From contig NC_057752.1 of NCBI RefSeq assembly GCF_004010195.1, forward strand, positions 2,563,440 through 2,603,250: a DNA stretch of 39,811 nt, given 5' to 3'. This document shows, in pieces, positions 10,691-22,210 of this stretch. Within the stretch, counting starts at the first letter, position 1. Each line of letters begins with the position of its first letter. The notes beneath the pieces are model-generated. The model was not told where the DNA came from. It was given only the letters and a program-made list of their open reading frames with translations, and did not search any database. The DNA comes from Chiloscyllium plagiosum (Eukaryota). The position numbers were made by a program, and so were the translations under genes.

Positions 10691-10904
10691 AGAAACACGA
10701 GTAGGCCATTCACCCTTTCAATCCTGTCCTTCCATTCAACAAGACTGTGGCTGATCTGTGGTGTAACTCTATATACCTGCCTTTGGCCTATATACCTTAG
10801 ACATGTTTTTGTTATGCAAAGGTATTACTTCAGATTTAGAATGAACAACTGATCCAGAATTCATTGATGTTTGTGGAAGAGAGTTTCAAACATCTTTTTT
10901 TAAT

Positions 10905-11105
10905 TTTGATTTATTATTGTCACATGTACCTAGGTACCGTGAAACCTTTTGTTTTGCGTGCAGTGCAGGCAGATCATACTGTACGAAGTGCATTAGGGTG
11001 ATAGAACCGAGCGAGGAATAGTGTTATGGCTGCAGCGAGGGTGCACAGAGAGCGAGATCAACATTAAATATGAAATTGGAGAAGTCCATTCAGAAGTGTT
11101 GGTAT
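10905..11105 (-). mobile_element. Probable Rex1/Babar-like LINE 3' end
   Basis: tttattattgtcacatgtacctaggtaccgtgaaacc resembles recalled Rex/Babar 3' termini. Confidence 0.45.
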
Positions 11106-11185
11106 GTGTTTTTAAATTACTGTATCTTCTGCTCAATGGAAGAGGTCTGTCATCCTTTGTGTGGAGAAGTGCTTCCTAACATCTC

Positions 11186-11436
11186 AATAAAAATGGAAAT
11201 AACTCTGGACGTTGTAAATCAAATGAAAACAGGAATTGTTGGAAAAGCTCAGCAGGTCTGGCAGCATCTGTGGAGAGAGAAATTGTGTTAATGTTTTGGG
11301 TCATACAGTCATCGAGTGACCTTTCCTCAGAATGTTCTGAGGAAGGGTCACTCAACCCGAAATGTTAACTCTGATTTCTCTCCACAGATGCTGCCAGACC
11401 TGCTGAGCTTTTCTAGTAATTCCTGTTTTGGTGTCT
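11186..11436. mobile_element. Fold-back (palindromic) PLE family B element with 9-bp TSD
   Basis: Arms at about 11226-11332 and 11335-11429 are reverse complements, centred on ctcagaa-tg-ttctgag. TSD taacatctc at 11177-11185 and 11437-11445. Confidence 0.88.
11334..11369 (+). ncRNA. Minimal type-I hammerhead ribozyme motif (PLE family B)
   Basis: gtt-CTGAGGA-a-gggt-cactca-accc-GAAA-tg-TT-aac: helix I gtt/aac, helix II gggt/accc. Confidence 0.75.
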
Positions 11437-11479
11437 TAACATCTCTCCTGAATGGTCTGGCCCTAATTCCCAGATGACA

Positions 11480-11872
11480 TGAACCAGATGGGCTTTTCCT
11501 GACAACTGTCAGGAAGTGTGGCGCTGGATAAGCACAACCAGTCAGGCAGCATCCGAGGAGCAGGAGAGTTGACATTTCGAGCATGACGTTTATGCTCGAA
11601 ACATCGACTCTCCTGCCCCTCTGATGCTGCCTGACCTGCTGTGCTTTTTACAGCGCCACACTTTTCAACTCTGACTCTCCTGCATCTGCAGTGCTCACTT
11701 TCTCCTTTCCCTGACAATTGGCAACAGTTTCATGGTCATCATTAGCTTCTTAATTTCAGATTTTTATTGTTGAATTCCAATTCCACCATGCCAAGATTTG
11801 AACCCAGGTTCTCCAGGACATTATCTGGGTCTTAATAGCTTAGCGATAATACCACCAGGCCATCACCTTCCC
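11480..11872 (-). mobile_element. tRNA-headed SINE 5' half, split by the palindromic PLE at 11513-11706
   Basis: gaaccagatgggc...catggtcatcattag...gatttgaacccagg...gataataccaccaggccatcacctt. Confidence 0.75.
11513..11706. mobile_element. Fold-back PLE family A element folded inside hammerhead helix II
   Basis: 11513-11585 is the reverse complement of about 11592-11663, centred on tttcgagcat-gacgtt-tatgctcgaaa, plus the extra tail caactctgactctcctgcatctgcagtgctcactttctcct. Imperfect TSD cctgacaa(c/t)tg on both sides. Confidence 0.85.
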
Positions 11873-12451
11873 TTCTGATGCTTGTTTGGCAAGCCAGCAC
11901 AGACATGATGGGCTGAATCGCCCCCTTCTATGCTGCAGTGATTGTGATTCAAGTTGGTGATTGTGGGACATGGCATTGGGATGGGGGATGTGGCTGGTGC
12001 TGAATCAGCAAGTGGAACTGTAGGTCTGGGAGCAGAGGTCTGAAGTTGCAGCTAGCTGGCTCCATCATTATCTGACCTGCGAGACGTTTACTGACCATGA
12101 TTTAAAAAGCCTTTCTTTCTCTCCCTCACCTTGACAAACACCATGCTCAGCACATAAGTGCAGGTCCTGTCGAGGAAAGCTGTAATACAAACACAGCAAG
12201 TGTGTAAACACACAGGCACGACTTGAATTTGAGACAGCCCCAGTGTTGAACCTCAAGGTCAGTCCAATATATTTTTGCTGTGTGGGTTTTATTGCTGCTG
12301 GGAAGGTGCAGGCACTGATGGCAACCTCAACAGCATTGCAGCTATCTGTTCTTCCCCACCCCCACACTCCAGTGGGATATACAACCCTTGTACATGAAAA
12401 TAACTGAAAACAGAGTCTGCTGGAGAAACTCAGCAGGTTTGGCAGCAGGCT

Positions 12452-12900
12452 CATAGTTCCTCGTAGGTGGAGTCGCAGGTAGACAGGGTGTAAGGGCAGC
12501 GTTTGCTACGCTTGCCTTCATTGGTCAGTGTATTGAGTATAGGAGTTGGGCCGTCATGTTGTGGCTGTACAGAACATTGGTTAGGCCATGTTTGGAACAT
12601 TGTGTGCAATTCTGGTCTCCCTGGTATTGTTAAACTTGAGAGGGTGCAGAAAGGGCTTATGCCCGAAATGTCGATTCTCCGGTTCCCTGGATGCTGCCTG
12701 ACCTGCTGCGCTGTTCCAGCAACACATTTTCAGCTCTGATCTCCAGCATCTGCAGACCTCACTTTCTCCTGCAGAAAAGACTAACCAGGGATATGGGCCA
12801 AATGCTGGCAAATGGGACTAGATTAATTTAGGATATCTGGTTGGCATGGATGAGTTGGAGCGAAGGGTCTGTTTCCGCGCTGTACAGCTCTATGACTATC
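12452..12900 (+). mobile_element. CR1 ORF2 3' fragment with internal deletion and tail
   Basis: High similarity to 29795-30010 (...VKLERVQK) and 30370-30478 (gaagggtctgtttcc...ctctatgact). Confidence 0.85.
12653..12769 (+). mobile_element. ~117-bp PLE family A mini-insertion starting at hammerhead helix II, 8-bp TSD
   Basis: gggcttatgcccGAAAtgTCga...ctccagcatctgcagacctcactttctcc. TSD tgcagaaa at 12645-12652 and 12770-12777. Confidence 0.87.
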
Positions 12901-13140
12901 GGTGGAGAGAGAAACTGAATCAATGTTTCAAGTCCAATACAACTCTTCTTTGGAACTGAAGAGGGATGAGAAGTAGTGATAGGTTTTATTTGGAAGAAAA
13001 GGTGGGGAAAGGGGCAAGTGGGACAGAATGTTAAAGGCTGAGGGTGATTAGAAATAAAAAAAACATAAATGAAAGGGAATGGTAATGGTTGCAGAGAAGT
13101 GACCAAGCCTCGTTTCAGAGTAGGTGTTAATAGCAGAATG
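12901..13140 (-). mobile_element. Older PLE family B-related fragment
   Basis: gtggagagagaaactgaatcaatgtttcaagtccaatacaactcttctttggaact is a degenerate hammerhead region followed by a purine-rich body. Confidence 0.5.
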
Positions 13141-13399
13141 AATGTCAACTCTAACTTAAATGTTTTTGAACCTGATTTATTGAAGGGTTATGTATGTTGG
13201 TGAATACTTTAGCTGCAAAATGCAAGAGCAGATTATTTTCAAATCCCTTTTCTTTTTCTCCCCCTATAGTAATTATAATCTGCTCCTATTTCCTATGTAT
13301 TTGTCCAATGGGCCATCTCCAGGAGCAATTTTAGTCTGAAGAATTAGCAATTTTACGTGAAGTAAGGGTTTGGTGGTGAATTTGAAACCAGTGAGTAAA

Positions 13400-13552
13400 G
13401 GCTTACATCTATGTAGCACCTTTTAACGGTTCCCCCATCAGGTCTCCAAATGCTCGATATGCATTCAATTTGCCTTTTGACGTTATGGTAGCTGTTGCTG
13501 CTGAGGTAAACCCAGCAGCCATCTTGTGCCCTGCAAGATCTTGCAAACAGCC
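13400..13552 (-). mobile_element. DeuSINE-like 3' fragment
   Basis: cttacatctatgtagcaccttt...cagcagccatcttgtgccctgcaagatcttgcaaacagc. Confidence 0.55.
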
Positions 13553-13594
13553 TGCAGGTAGGTCACCCTTTCTCCAGAAAGATGAAGATCTTTA

Positions 13595-13830
13595 TGATCT
13601 GATGGAGATCTTTAGGAATAAGAAAGGCTTTGGTATGGTAGATTTTTTTTTCCCGCAATTCTAGAGGAGTTTAAAACTTAGGAGGCATTGAATATAAGCT
13701 TGTTATTTATAAATCCAACAGGGAGTTCAAAGGAAATCTTTGCCCAGAGAATGGAGGACTCACTGCCACAGGGAGCCGTTGAGGTGACTAGCATTCATGG
13801 GAAGGTACGGGAATATATATTAATGGAGTT
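13595..13830 (+). mobile_element. Old CR1 3' fragment
   Basis: gatctgatggagatctttaggaataagaaagg (DLMEIFRNKKG, like CR1 DLIEVYKILRG). Confidence 0.55.
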
Positions 13831-13965
13831 AGATAACAGTAAGCAAAGATGATGGCTTTGGTCTCCCAAATGCTACTCAGGAAAAAACTGCAGGTCATTT
13901 AAGACTGGACGTCAGACGTGATGTGATGGCCTAGTGGTATTATCGCTAGACTATTAATCTCCAGT

Positions 13966-14510
13966 CAAAAATTGTGGTGCTGGAAAAGCACAGCAGGTCA
14001 GGCAGCATCCAAGGAGCGGGAGAATTGATGTTTCGGGCATAAGCCCTTCATCAGGAATGTGGGAGGAGGTGAGAAAGGGGCTGAGTAATAAATTGGGTGG
14101 TGGGGCTGGGAGAAGATAGCTGGGAAGGCAATAGGTAGATGAAGGTGAGGGGTAATGGTGATAGGATGGAGCAGATAGGTGGGAAGGAAGGTGGACAGTT
14201 CAAGAGGGTGGTGCCAAGTTGGAGGGTTGGATCTGGGATGAGGTGAGGGGAGGGGAGGGGAGATGAGGAAACTGGTGAAGTCGATGTGGTTGGAGGGTGC
14301 CAGGAGGAAGATGAGGCATTCTTCCTCCAGGTGTCGGGTGGCTAGGATTTGGAGATGGAGGCGGCCCAAGATTTGCATGTCCTTAGTGGAGTCTGAGGAG
14401 GAGCTGAGATTGTCAGCCACAGGGAGGCAGGGTTGTTTGGTGCGTGTGTCCCAGAGATGTTCCCTGAAAAGTTTTGTGGGTTGGCGTCCTCTCCCCAATC
14501 TAGAGGAGAG
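13966..14510 (-). mobile_element. PLE family A 3' fragment: GIY-YIG C-terminal part plus hammerhead-bearing terminal repeat
   Basis: Minus-strand ORF LFREHLWDTRTKQPCLPVAD...DMQILG...RHLEEECLIFLL. Hammerhead at 14023-14058: ttc-CTGATGA-a-gggc-ttat-gccc-GAAA-ca-TC. Inserted in a SINE head (13923-13962, resuming 14514-14529). Confidence 0.85.
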
Positions 14511-14529
14511 CAATATTAGTCTAGAGACC

Positions 14530-15022
14530 TGTTACAGACCAGACCAAACCCCCTCAAGCTATTCCAATGATAGTCTAAACGCTAACTTTTTCTTACTTTA
14601 AAGGTAAATGTAATGTGTTGCATTCCAGATGTAGTTAAATTGGTCAAACTACTGGACTTAAATCAAAACACATTTTATTCATCCACTATAATTAAAATAC
14701 AACAAAATCAAGAAGGAATTGGAATAACTTAACTCTACTGGAAAACTTAACAGACCAATAGATACAGTAACTATTACTAATTTAACTGTTCCAATATAGT
14801 AACATCCCATAAATGCACCCTTGGTAAAAGGCAAATTCAGATACCGATTATCTTACTGTAACTTCAGTAGCCTAAGAGAAGAACATCAAGAGAACTTTGA
14901 CTGTAGCAGGCAGGAGAGATTTACTGCAGCTTTCAACCCTGCTGAGAACCCCAGCAACAACTACTGAATGCCAAAACTAAAGATCCTGGTTTTGTGGGTG
15001 GGAGCTTGACCACGCCCATTCA
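14530..15022 (-). mobile_element. Possible solo-LTR fragment (Gypsy-like)
   Basis: Starts abruptly with TGTTAC where the SINE head stops; AT-rich; AATAAA on the minus strand near 14673. No second terminus is visible. Confidence 0.4.
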
Positions 15023-15177
15023 GAGTCGAGAGGGTGGTGCTGGAAAAGCACAGCAGGTCAGGCAGCATCCGAGGAATGAAACAATTGATGTTTCAGGCAT
15101 AAGCCCTTCATCAGGAATGAGGCTTGTGGTCCAGAAGGCTGAAGATAAATGGGAGTGGGGGTGGGGTTGGGGCAGTC
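15023..15177 (-). mobile_element. PLE family A terminal repeat with hammerhead motif
   Basis: Minus strand 15083-15117: ttc-CTGATGA-a-gggc-ttat-gcct-GAAA-ca-TC-aa; body matches 1481-1575. Confidence 0.85.
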
Positions 15178-15359
15178 TGCAAGGAATAGAGTCCCATGAA
15201 AATCTTTTTTGTAGCTTCCAGCACAAAGCAAATGCAGCACATCACAAGCTTGTCTGACAACTCAAAAGTGTAATTCTTCATACACGCTTGTCGGATAATC
15301 CTGAGCAGGGGAAAAGTTATACTTTCAACCAATTTCAGGTTGTCTGTTGGTATTCTTGC

Positions 15360-15560
15360 GAAGTGTCCTGATCCCCAGAGAGTGGCAGAGGCTGGCTCCC
15401 TGTATAGCTTTAAGTAAAAGGTGAATAGGTTCTTGACTAAAAAAGATCATGGGAGGGCAGTTAATGGGTATGTGGAGTTGAGGCCTCAGTCTGATCAGCC
15501 ATGATCTTTATTTGAATGGCGGGGCAGGTCAGAGGGACCTAGTGACTAACCCCTTGCTCT
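15360..15560 (+). mobile_element. CR1 3' UTR fragment
   Basis: gatcagccatgatctttatttgaatggcggggcagg. Confidence 0.7.
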
Positions 15561-16423
15561 GGACAGGTGAGTGATGATCTTGAACTTTGCTCAGTTATTG
15601 TTGGTGGCACTGCCATCTGACAAGGTGAGGGAGATGAATTCTGCCCATCTGTGGTACCTTGTCTTGTGGGTGGGTTTGAAGAGTTTTCATGTGAAATGGT
15701 GCATTACCTTCCTGGAGACTGGCAGCAGCAATCTGCATAAATGATGCCCACTGGTTATGGGTCTCAGCTTGAGCCTGGCGTGGCCATCAACTCTACCCTC
15801 CAGGTTTTGGCATGTTGGACTTGCATAAATGGGGTGGGGTGGGGAGAGTGGAGAGGTTGATGGGGCTGAGTGAAGGAGTTGGTAGAAATGTGATACGATT
15901 AATTTTAAAGAAGAAATAAAATCATCTTCTGTATTTTTCTTTGGGGTTTGTAAATGGCTAACTTGAGAAATAATTCTTGGTGGAAAGACCGGAGAATAAA
16001 GCATAACATTGAGATGCATAATAGAAAGTACGTTTTCACTTGTTGCCTGGGTACTCTCCAACAGCTTAACCTCTATCGCTGCTCTCACTGCAGGGTATTG
16101 GCCCTAATTGGCAATCTCAGGTTATTGTTGATTTGGAGGAGCATCATCCTGCAGTGAACTATTCTGCACTAGAGCTCGAAGGCTTGGTGACTAAGTGCTC
16201 GAAGGGGAAAATATTGTATCCCACATCTTAATGAGCTGAAATACTAACAGTTTTTTTTTACACCCATCGCCCTTGTGTATTAGAACTCAGTATACTTGCT
16301 TTGGTGCTACAACCCTCAGGATCCAATACAAATCTGAGAGTTTTGGATTTCCACTCTCTACATGAAAACATCAGCCCTGAATGACCTAGCCCTTACTTTC
16401 AGACTATCTCCCTATCGATATTT

Positions 16424-16530
16424 CTAATCAATCTGTTCCAAGGTGTTATGACATGCACCTCGGGTGGGACTTGTACCCAAGTCTCCTGGTTCAGAGGTAG
16501 GGACACTTTCACTGTGCCACAACAGCCATA
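16424..16530 (-). mobile_element. ~100-bp tRNA-derived short SINE, copy 2
   Basis: Homologous to 4944-5045; minus-strand head tgtggcacagtg...gtacaagtcccacc. Confidence 0.7.
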
Positions 16531-17139
16531 CTATTTTTCCCTCTAAGCTAAACAGAAATTTCTACAAGTTAACATGGTGGTTCTGCACACAGCCCACTTG
16601 GTGCATAACTTGGGCTCCTGATTGCTTGTCTCTTGTGAACAGACTAAATAAAGCAAGTCGATCGAAACACCTCGCATCCCAGTTACTTGAAATATACAAC
16701 GCTTGACTTGATTTTTAATGGAATCCTTCTTTCCAGTTTGATCCACTCTTCCATAACCAATGTCTGTCTGAATCCCCAGTGTAATCAGCCAACTGCACCA
16801 TTTTTTTCAAGGTCAAAATGGCATCCATTCATCAAGTGGACCATGTTTTTGGTCCCCAACATTGTAGCATTATCACAATAATCTCTCAGCTGTTCATTTT
16901 TGCCAGATGTATGCCCGTGCATTATCGAGGGATTATCAAGTTGACATCTCTCACCAACAATGCCAGACTGATTTGGCAATGGTGTCCTACCCCTCAGTGT
17001 CACTGCCTCACCGTTGTAGAAAAATGGATAAGCATCCAGGAAACTACCCGAACTTCAGATGAGAAAATTGGGGGAGGGAAGAGGAGAATGTAGGCACTGC
17101 GCATCCCCAAATTAATATTATTTTTAGTTGTAGTAGTCA

Positions 17140-17465
17140 CGTTTTTATTTTATTGGATGTGGGCATTATTGACAAGGCTGGCATTTGCCCATCCCCTGAT
17201 TGATGTCGTGGCTTGCTCAGCCAATTTAGAGTTAACCCCGTTGCTGTCACATGTCACCAGGTTTCCTGCACTAAAGGACATTTGTGAACCTGATGGGTTT
17301 TTGCAATGTTGTCATGGACACCATGACTGAGATGTGCTTCCAATTCCAGATTTATTGATTTTAAATTTAAATTCCATCAGCTGCTGTGGTGGTGGGATTT
17401 GAACCCAGGCCATTGTGCACATATCCCTGTGGATGACTTGTCTGGTGGTACTGCCGCTCTCCTAC
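17140..17465 (-). mobile_element. tRNA-headed SINE (same family as 9427-9792)
   Basis: ggatgtgggcatt...ctaaaggacatttgtgaacc...aattccagattt...gggatttgaaccc. Confidence 0.75.
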
Positions 17466-17699
17466 CATCTCTCGCATTCTCTCACTCTCTCTGTCCCTCT
17501 GACCGAGGCCACACACCGGAGGGAGTGGAGGTCTTTCCTTTAATCTTGAAGGATGTTGCTGGGTTTGCCGAGCAATCCCAAAACTTGCATTGCCCATCAC
17601 ATGCACCACAGAAACAGGCTATTTGGCCCAACTGGTCTGGGTTAGGATTTGTGCTCCAAATGACCATCTTCCCAACCCATTTCATCTCACCTCATCCTG

Positions 17700-18850
17700 T
17701 AATTCAACACCGACCTATGTCAAAAATGCTTTAGATAAATCTAACAAAATGTCCCAAGATGCTTCACAGGAGTGTTATTAACAAAATCTGACCCTAAACC
17801 ATGTGAGATATTGGGTTTGGTAACCACCAGTTTGATCAAAGATATGGTTTTAAGGAGCATCTTCAATTCAGTAAGACATCCCAAGTCTGAACTTATGAGA
17901 GCACACCCAGAGTATTGTGTGCAGTTTTGGTCTCCCCATCTATGAAAGGATATCCTCTCCATTGAGGGAGTGCAGCAGGAGCTCATTAGGCTGGTACCAG
18001 GGATGACTGGACTGTCATATGAGGAGAGGTTTGTTAACTGGGTCTGTATTCACTAGAGTTTAGAAAAATGATTTGAAATGTGGGAAATTCAAACAGGGTC
18101 TGGACACACTAGATGGAGGGAGGATGTTTCCCCGGTTGGACAGTCTAGAACTAGTAGATACAGGGTAAATCATTTAGCACTGAGATGAGGAAACATTTCT
18201 TTACTCAGAGTATGGTCAACCTGTGGAATTTTCTCCCATACAATGCATTCAAGAAAGAGTTGAAGTGTAACAAGGAGTATGGAGAGAAATTAGGAAAATG
18301 GCATTGAGATGGATGGTTGGCCATGATCATATTAAATGGTGGGAAAGTCCTGCTCCTGTTCCTATTTTCTATGTTTTAAGGAGGGAAGCAGGATCAAGAA
18401 GGGTAAGGAGGGAATGACAGATCTTGGGGCCTAAACAGTTGAAGGCATTACCACCAATGGTGCAGTGATTAAAACTGAAGTGCTCATGAGGCCAGAGTCA
18501 GAGGAGTGCAGAGATCTTAGGGGACTGGGTGAGATGTTGAAATTGGGAGGGGGCAGGATCGTGAAAGAATTTCAAAAAGGGTGAGAATTTCTTTTAAATC
18601 AAGATGTCACTTGACTGGGAGCCTTTGGAAGTCAGTGAGCTTGGGGGTGAGGGAGAATAGGATTGGGTGCAAGTTGAGATATGGGTAGTAGAGGTTTGGA
18701 TGACTTGACAGTGATGGAGAATATGGAAGACCATCTTGGAAGTGTGTTGGAATAGTGGAGCCTTGAGGTAATAAAGGCATGGCTGAGGATTTCAGCAGCT
18801 GATGAGTTGGAGCAGCCAACGTCAGGTAGCATTACAGAGGTGGAAATAGT
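17700..18850 (-). mobile_element. L2 LINE 3' fragment interrupted by a CR1 (17875-18372)
   Basis: Minus-strand translation SSAAEILSHAFITSRLHYSNTL, the L2 RT C-terminal HAFxxSRLDY.N motif. Confidence 0.7.
17875..18372 (+). mobile_element. CR1 ORF2 C-terminus and 3' UTR
   Basis: gagtattgtgtgcagttttggtctcccc (EYCVQFWSP) ... tail cctgctcctgttcctattttctatg. Confidence 0.85.
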
Positions 18851-19189
18851 TCAGATGAACATTAAAGATCCCAGAGCCCCATTTAATAATTAGGTGTTTT
18901 TCTGGGAACGTCGGCCATGTTTGCTCCCACTGTCAACTCCAGCACATAGAGGTGAAAGGGGGCTTGCATCTCATCGCTTTTCACGTGAGATCTTGCACTA
19001 CGCAAAATGGCTGCCATAGAACAGCATGACTTGTGTTTTTTTTTCCCAGCTTTTCATCTTGTGTTTGAGTGCTTTTTCAAAATTGTAATCAGAATAATAC
19101 ACTTTTCAGTTCCCATTTTAATCATTGTCCCACTGACTAGAGTTTCACGTGTTGAACTCTGATATCATTTAACAACAAGGACATTTTGC

Positions 19190-20420
19190 ATCAAGCTGCT
19201 TTCGTGGCAGATATAGCATGGGCCCATAAAATGCTCTTAAGGAGTTTAATGAGACCTTATTTTCCATAATTTCCTGTGCTTCTGTGGACTTCTCCATTAA
19301 GCTCTCGTAAATGTAAAATGTGATTACATTTCTTCATTTCTCTGAAACTCTGTGGAAGCTGGGAGTTGAAGCCTGTCCCATTACATTATGTCCACTTTGT
19401 TCTGTTCTTCCTACTTAACACACTTTCCAAGAGCTACACAGTGTTATCAAAGGCCATTTGAATTTTTTTTTGTTCAGGCATTCTCTCTTTTGTCATTTTT
19501 TAGATTCCCAGTTGTAATAATTTTGTTTGTATGTCTCCAAATTCCAACCCCCCCACCCCCGCTTTAAACTCTCCATGACAGCTTTGCCAACTCTGCTGTA
19601 GTGCATGGGAAGCTATGTTTAAAAAAAAATTATTGATTAAACCCAAGAGATTGAAAGAATGACCTGGGTTCTGTTGCACCACACGCAATCAGCTGCTTTG
19701 GAAGAGCAGTCATGCTTCCAGATGGCAACCATTTTGCACACACCCAGCACGGTCTTGTTAATGTGGTTTTCTAGTGCTGGTGGGTGAAGGCATGTTGGCA
19801 CAGGATGCCAAAGAGACTCCTTGCCCTTTTTGATGAGTAGATCTCTGGGATCTTTCAGAGCCCCCTCAGCCATATGGTTTGTTGAAAATAAGAAATTGAG
19901 GGGGGAGGGGGCAGGCTGTTATTATGGCTGAGTTGACTGCAGCCTCAATTGTACTTTCCTCTCTGTCCCCATGACGTTGGGCTCCCTTGTCAATCAAAAA
20001 TCTGACTAACTTGGGCAGGCCTTGTGCATGCTCCATCCATCCACTGGAAAACGTGTGGGCAGTGGAAGAGGAAGTGACAAAAGGGCAAAGATGAGGGTCG
20101 ATGCAGTAGTTAAGCATGGCAAGGGGTCAAATGTGGTGATGAAATCATAGGCAAGAAATGTGGAGTAAAATTAAGTGGTATAAACAAGATCTTGTATTGA
20201 CCGTTCCCCAGCTCCCACAGCTGAGGCACTGACACCAGATAAAGCTCTCAAATGCATATTATCTCATTAATTATTGTCTAATTAAATCATTTGGAATTGA
20301 TCCAACAGTGCTCATAATTTTGACTTAACCTCAAAATAAAATTTTGATAAAGGTTACCATGTCCTCCAAGCACAAGCTAAATTAATCTTTTGCCCAAACA
20401 GGATCTTAATTTGGAACTAT
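19190..20420. promoter_or_regulatory. Repeat-free block with clustered homeodomain-type motifs (putative enhancers / conserved non-coding elements)
   Basis: cccataaaa and ctcgtaaa (posterior Hox-type) at 19223-19312; dense TAAT/ATTA at 20255-20410. No TE recognised. Conservation not tested. Confidence 0.4.
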
Positions 20421-21249
20421 ACTGTCCGGTTTTTGTTTAGCTCCTTAGTTAAACGTGTTCAAGGATGTCTGTGCCAGGGAATAAAACTGGGCACTCACTG
20501 GGTGAGGGGCAGCCTGGGCATCAGCTTAGGTTGAAGTAAGGCCAAGGCCCAGCTTTCATTGCTCTCCTGTTGTCTTCCTCACTAGCTGCTGTCGTGTGGC
20601 CTTTTCAAATCAGGTTGGAGATTTGTGCCCGTTGGATGCCAGGACTATTGAGACGATGCAAGAAAGCTTTGCACAAAGAGAGTCTTGCAGTCCAGTGGTG
20701 GCCTGTTGGGTTGGCACACTGGTTGAATTGATGGGCATATATCCAGATCTGAATTGTTATGGGCTGATTCAGGTTAGGGGGATAGTGGGCAACCAAGAAA
20801 ATGGCGCATTAGCCTGTGTGCCAATCTACCATCACTGTTGTTGACTCTGATGACTAGAGAGCTCCGTGTTCTCCCTTTTTCACCCCTTATCCTAGGTTGT
20901 GGGTCTCAATATATCCTCAGCAAGATTTGCAGGTTCCCTTTCTGATCAAGATAGTAGTGGCTGGGGAAGGGGCAGTTAAACTGATATCTTTCCCCACCTC
21001 TCCCCAGGGGTTGACTGCCTGCCCACCTTGAGGTGACCAAATAAGCCTGTACCAATTGTGGCTCCTGCTGGCCAGCCATTTTTGATTTTGGAAAGGGACT
21101 GTGTCCGAGGCATGGATACACACTTTGGGATTGAATTCCAATGTCAGAGTTTTCCTTTTATCGCACTCGGTCAAGACAGGATCTGGTGAATTGAGCAGAG
21201 GCAAAAGCTAAAGCTGGGTGCTAGGAAAAGAACCTCCCAACTTCTGCCC

Positions 21250-21792
21250 CTGTCTCAGCTCAACGACTGTCAAAACCCTTGTTTGTGCCTTTGATACCCT
21301 CCAGATTGGACTATTTCAATGCATTTCTGGTTCCTTTCCCACATTCCACCTTCCAGGAACTTGATTGTTCCTGTGTCAGAGCTCGCACCAAGTCCTATTT
21401 ACCCATTAGCCCCATGCTTGCCAACTGAATCGAGCTTCTGTGAAAGCAAAGTGTAAATTTGAGAATGTTCATCCTTGTTTTTCAAATCCTAACACGGCCC
21501 CACCCCTCTCTGTGAAACTTCCTCCAGCCCCACCATCACTGCACTCCTCTCATTTTGGCCTCTTGTGTACCCCTGATTTTGGCACCTTTGGCAGCCATGC
21601 CTGGACCCTCAGGTCAGGAATTCCCTCCCTACACCCCCCTCTCCTCTGATTTATAAAACCTAACTTTGTTTCTGTTTTTAAAAAAGGCTTTTAATCACCT
21701 GCCCCTTCTCTTAATGTGGCACAGGGTCAAACTTTGACTGTGTTCCTCAAGTCTTTTCCTCCCACACTCTGGGTGCTATATCAATGCAAGTT
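21250..21792 (+). mobile_element. L2 LINE 3' fragment
   Basis: acccttgtttgtgcctttgataccctccagattggactatttcaatgc (xAFxxSRLDY.NA) ... end ggtgctatatcaatgcaagtt. Confidence 0.7.
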
Positions 21793-21879
21793 ACCTTGGG
21801 GTGACTGGGTGGTGGTGGAAAGCAGTCCCAGTGAAAAATTTTCACTGATTTGTCTTTGATGTTCTGCCATTGTACACAT

Positions 21880-22210
21880 AGGGTGGTGGCAACAATTAAA
21901 TGGCAAAAACTGTATGGTGTTATGTTTCCTGCTTTCCTTGATCTCTTCTCGGTCTGTCTGCTTCACGCTGCTTGGCGAGAGGGATGATAATATTTTGGGA
22001 GCGGTTTGCAGTCAGTTTAAACATAGCCACAGCTGGGTCACAGGTGTAATACTCTCTGCGTGCAGTCAGTGTTTTTTCTTTGCACGTGTAAAAATATTTT
22101 TCGCCTCTCGACTGCACTGGCGCTACCTTCATCGCTAAAGGAGGAAGGCCAGTCGCCAAGCCTGAGTCCCTGTTTGGCCTACTCATAATGGCTTCCATTC
22201 TGTTTGAGGT
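21880..22210. promoter_or_regulatory. CpG-retaining unique block, putative enhancer
   Basis: Several CpGs, E-boxes cagctg, caggtg and cacgtg, caattaa. No repeat similarity seen. Confidence 0.35.

Larger units (their letters stand above)
10690..11470 (-). mobile_element. CR1 3' fragment broken by two insertions (10905-11105 and 11186-11436)
   Basis: gagtaggccattcaccc...gctgatctg; resumes catcctttgtgtggagaagtgcttcctaacatctc|tcctgaatggtctggccctaatt. Confidence 0.7.

Noticed and set aside
17847..18383. gttttaaggag on both sides of the CR1 as a TSD
   Set aside because: The left copy lies about 20 nt before the CR1 start, and the similarity is better explained by internal repetition in the L2 3' region.
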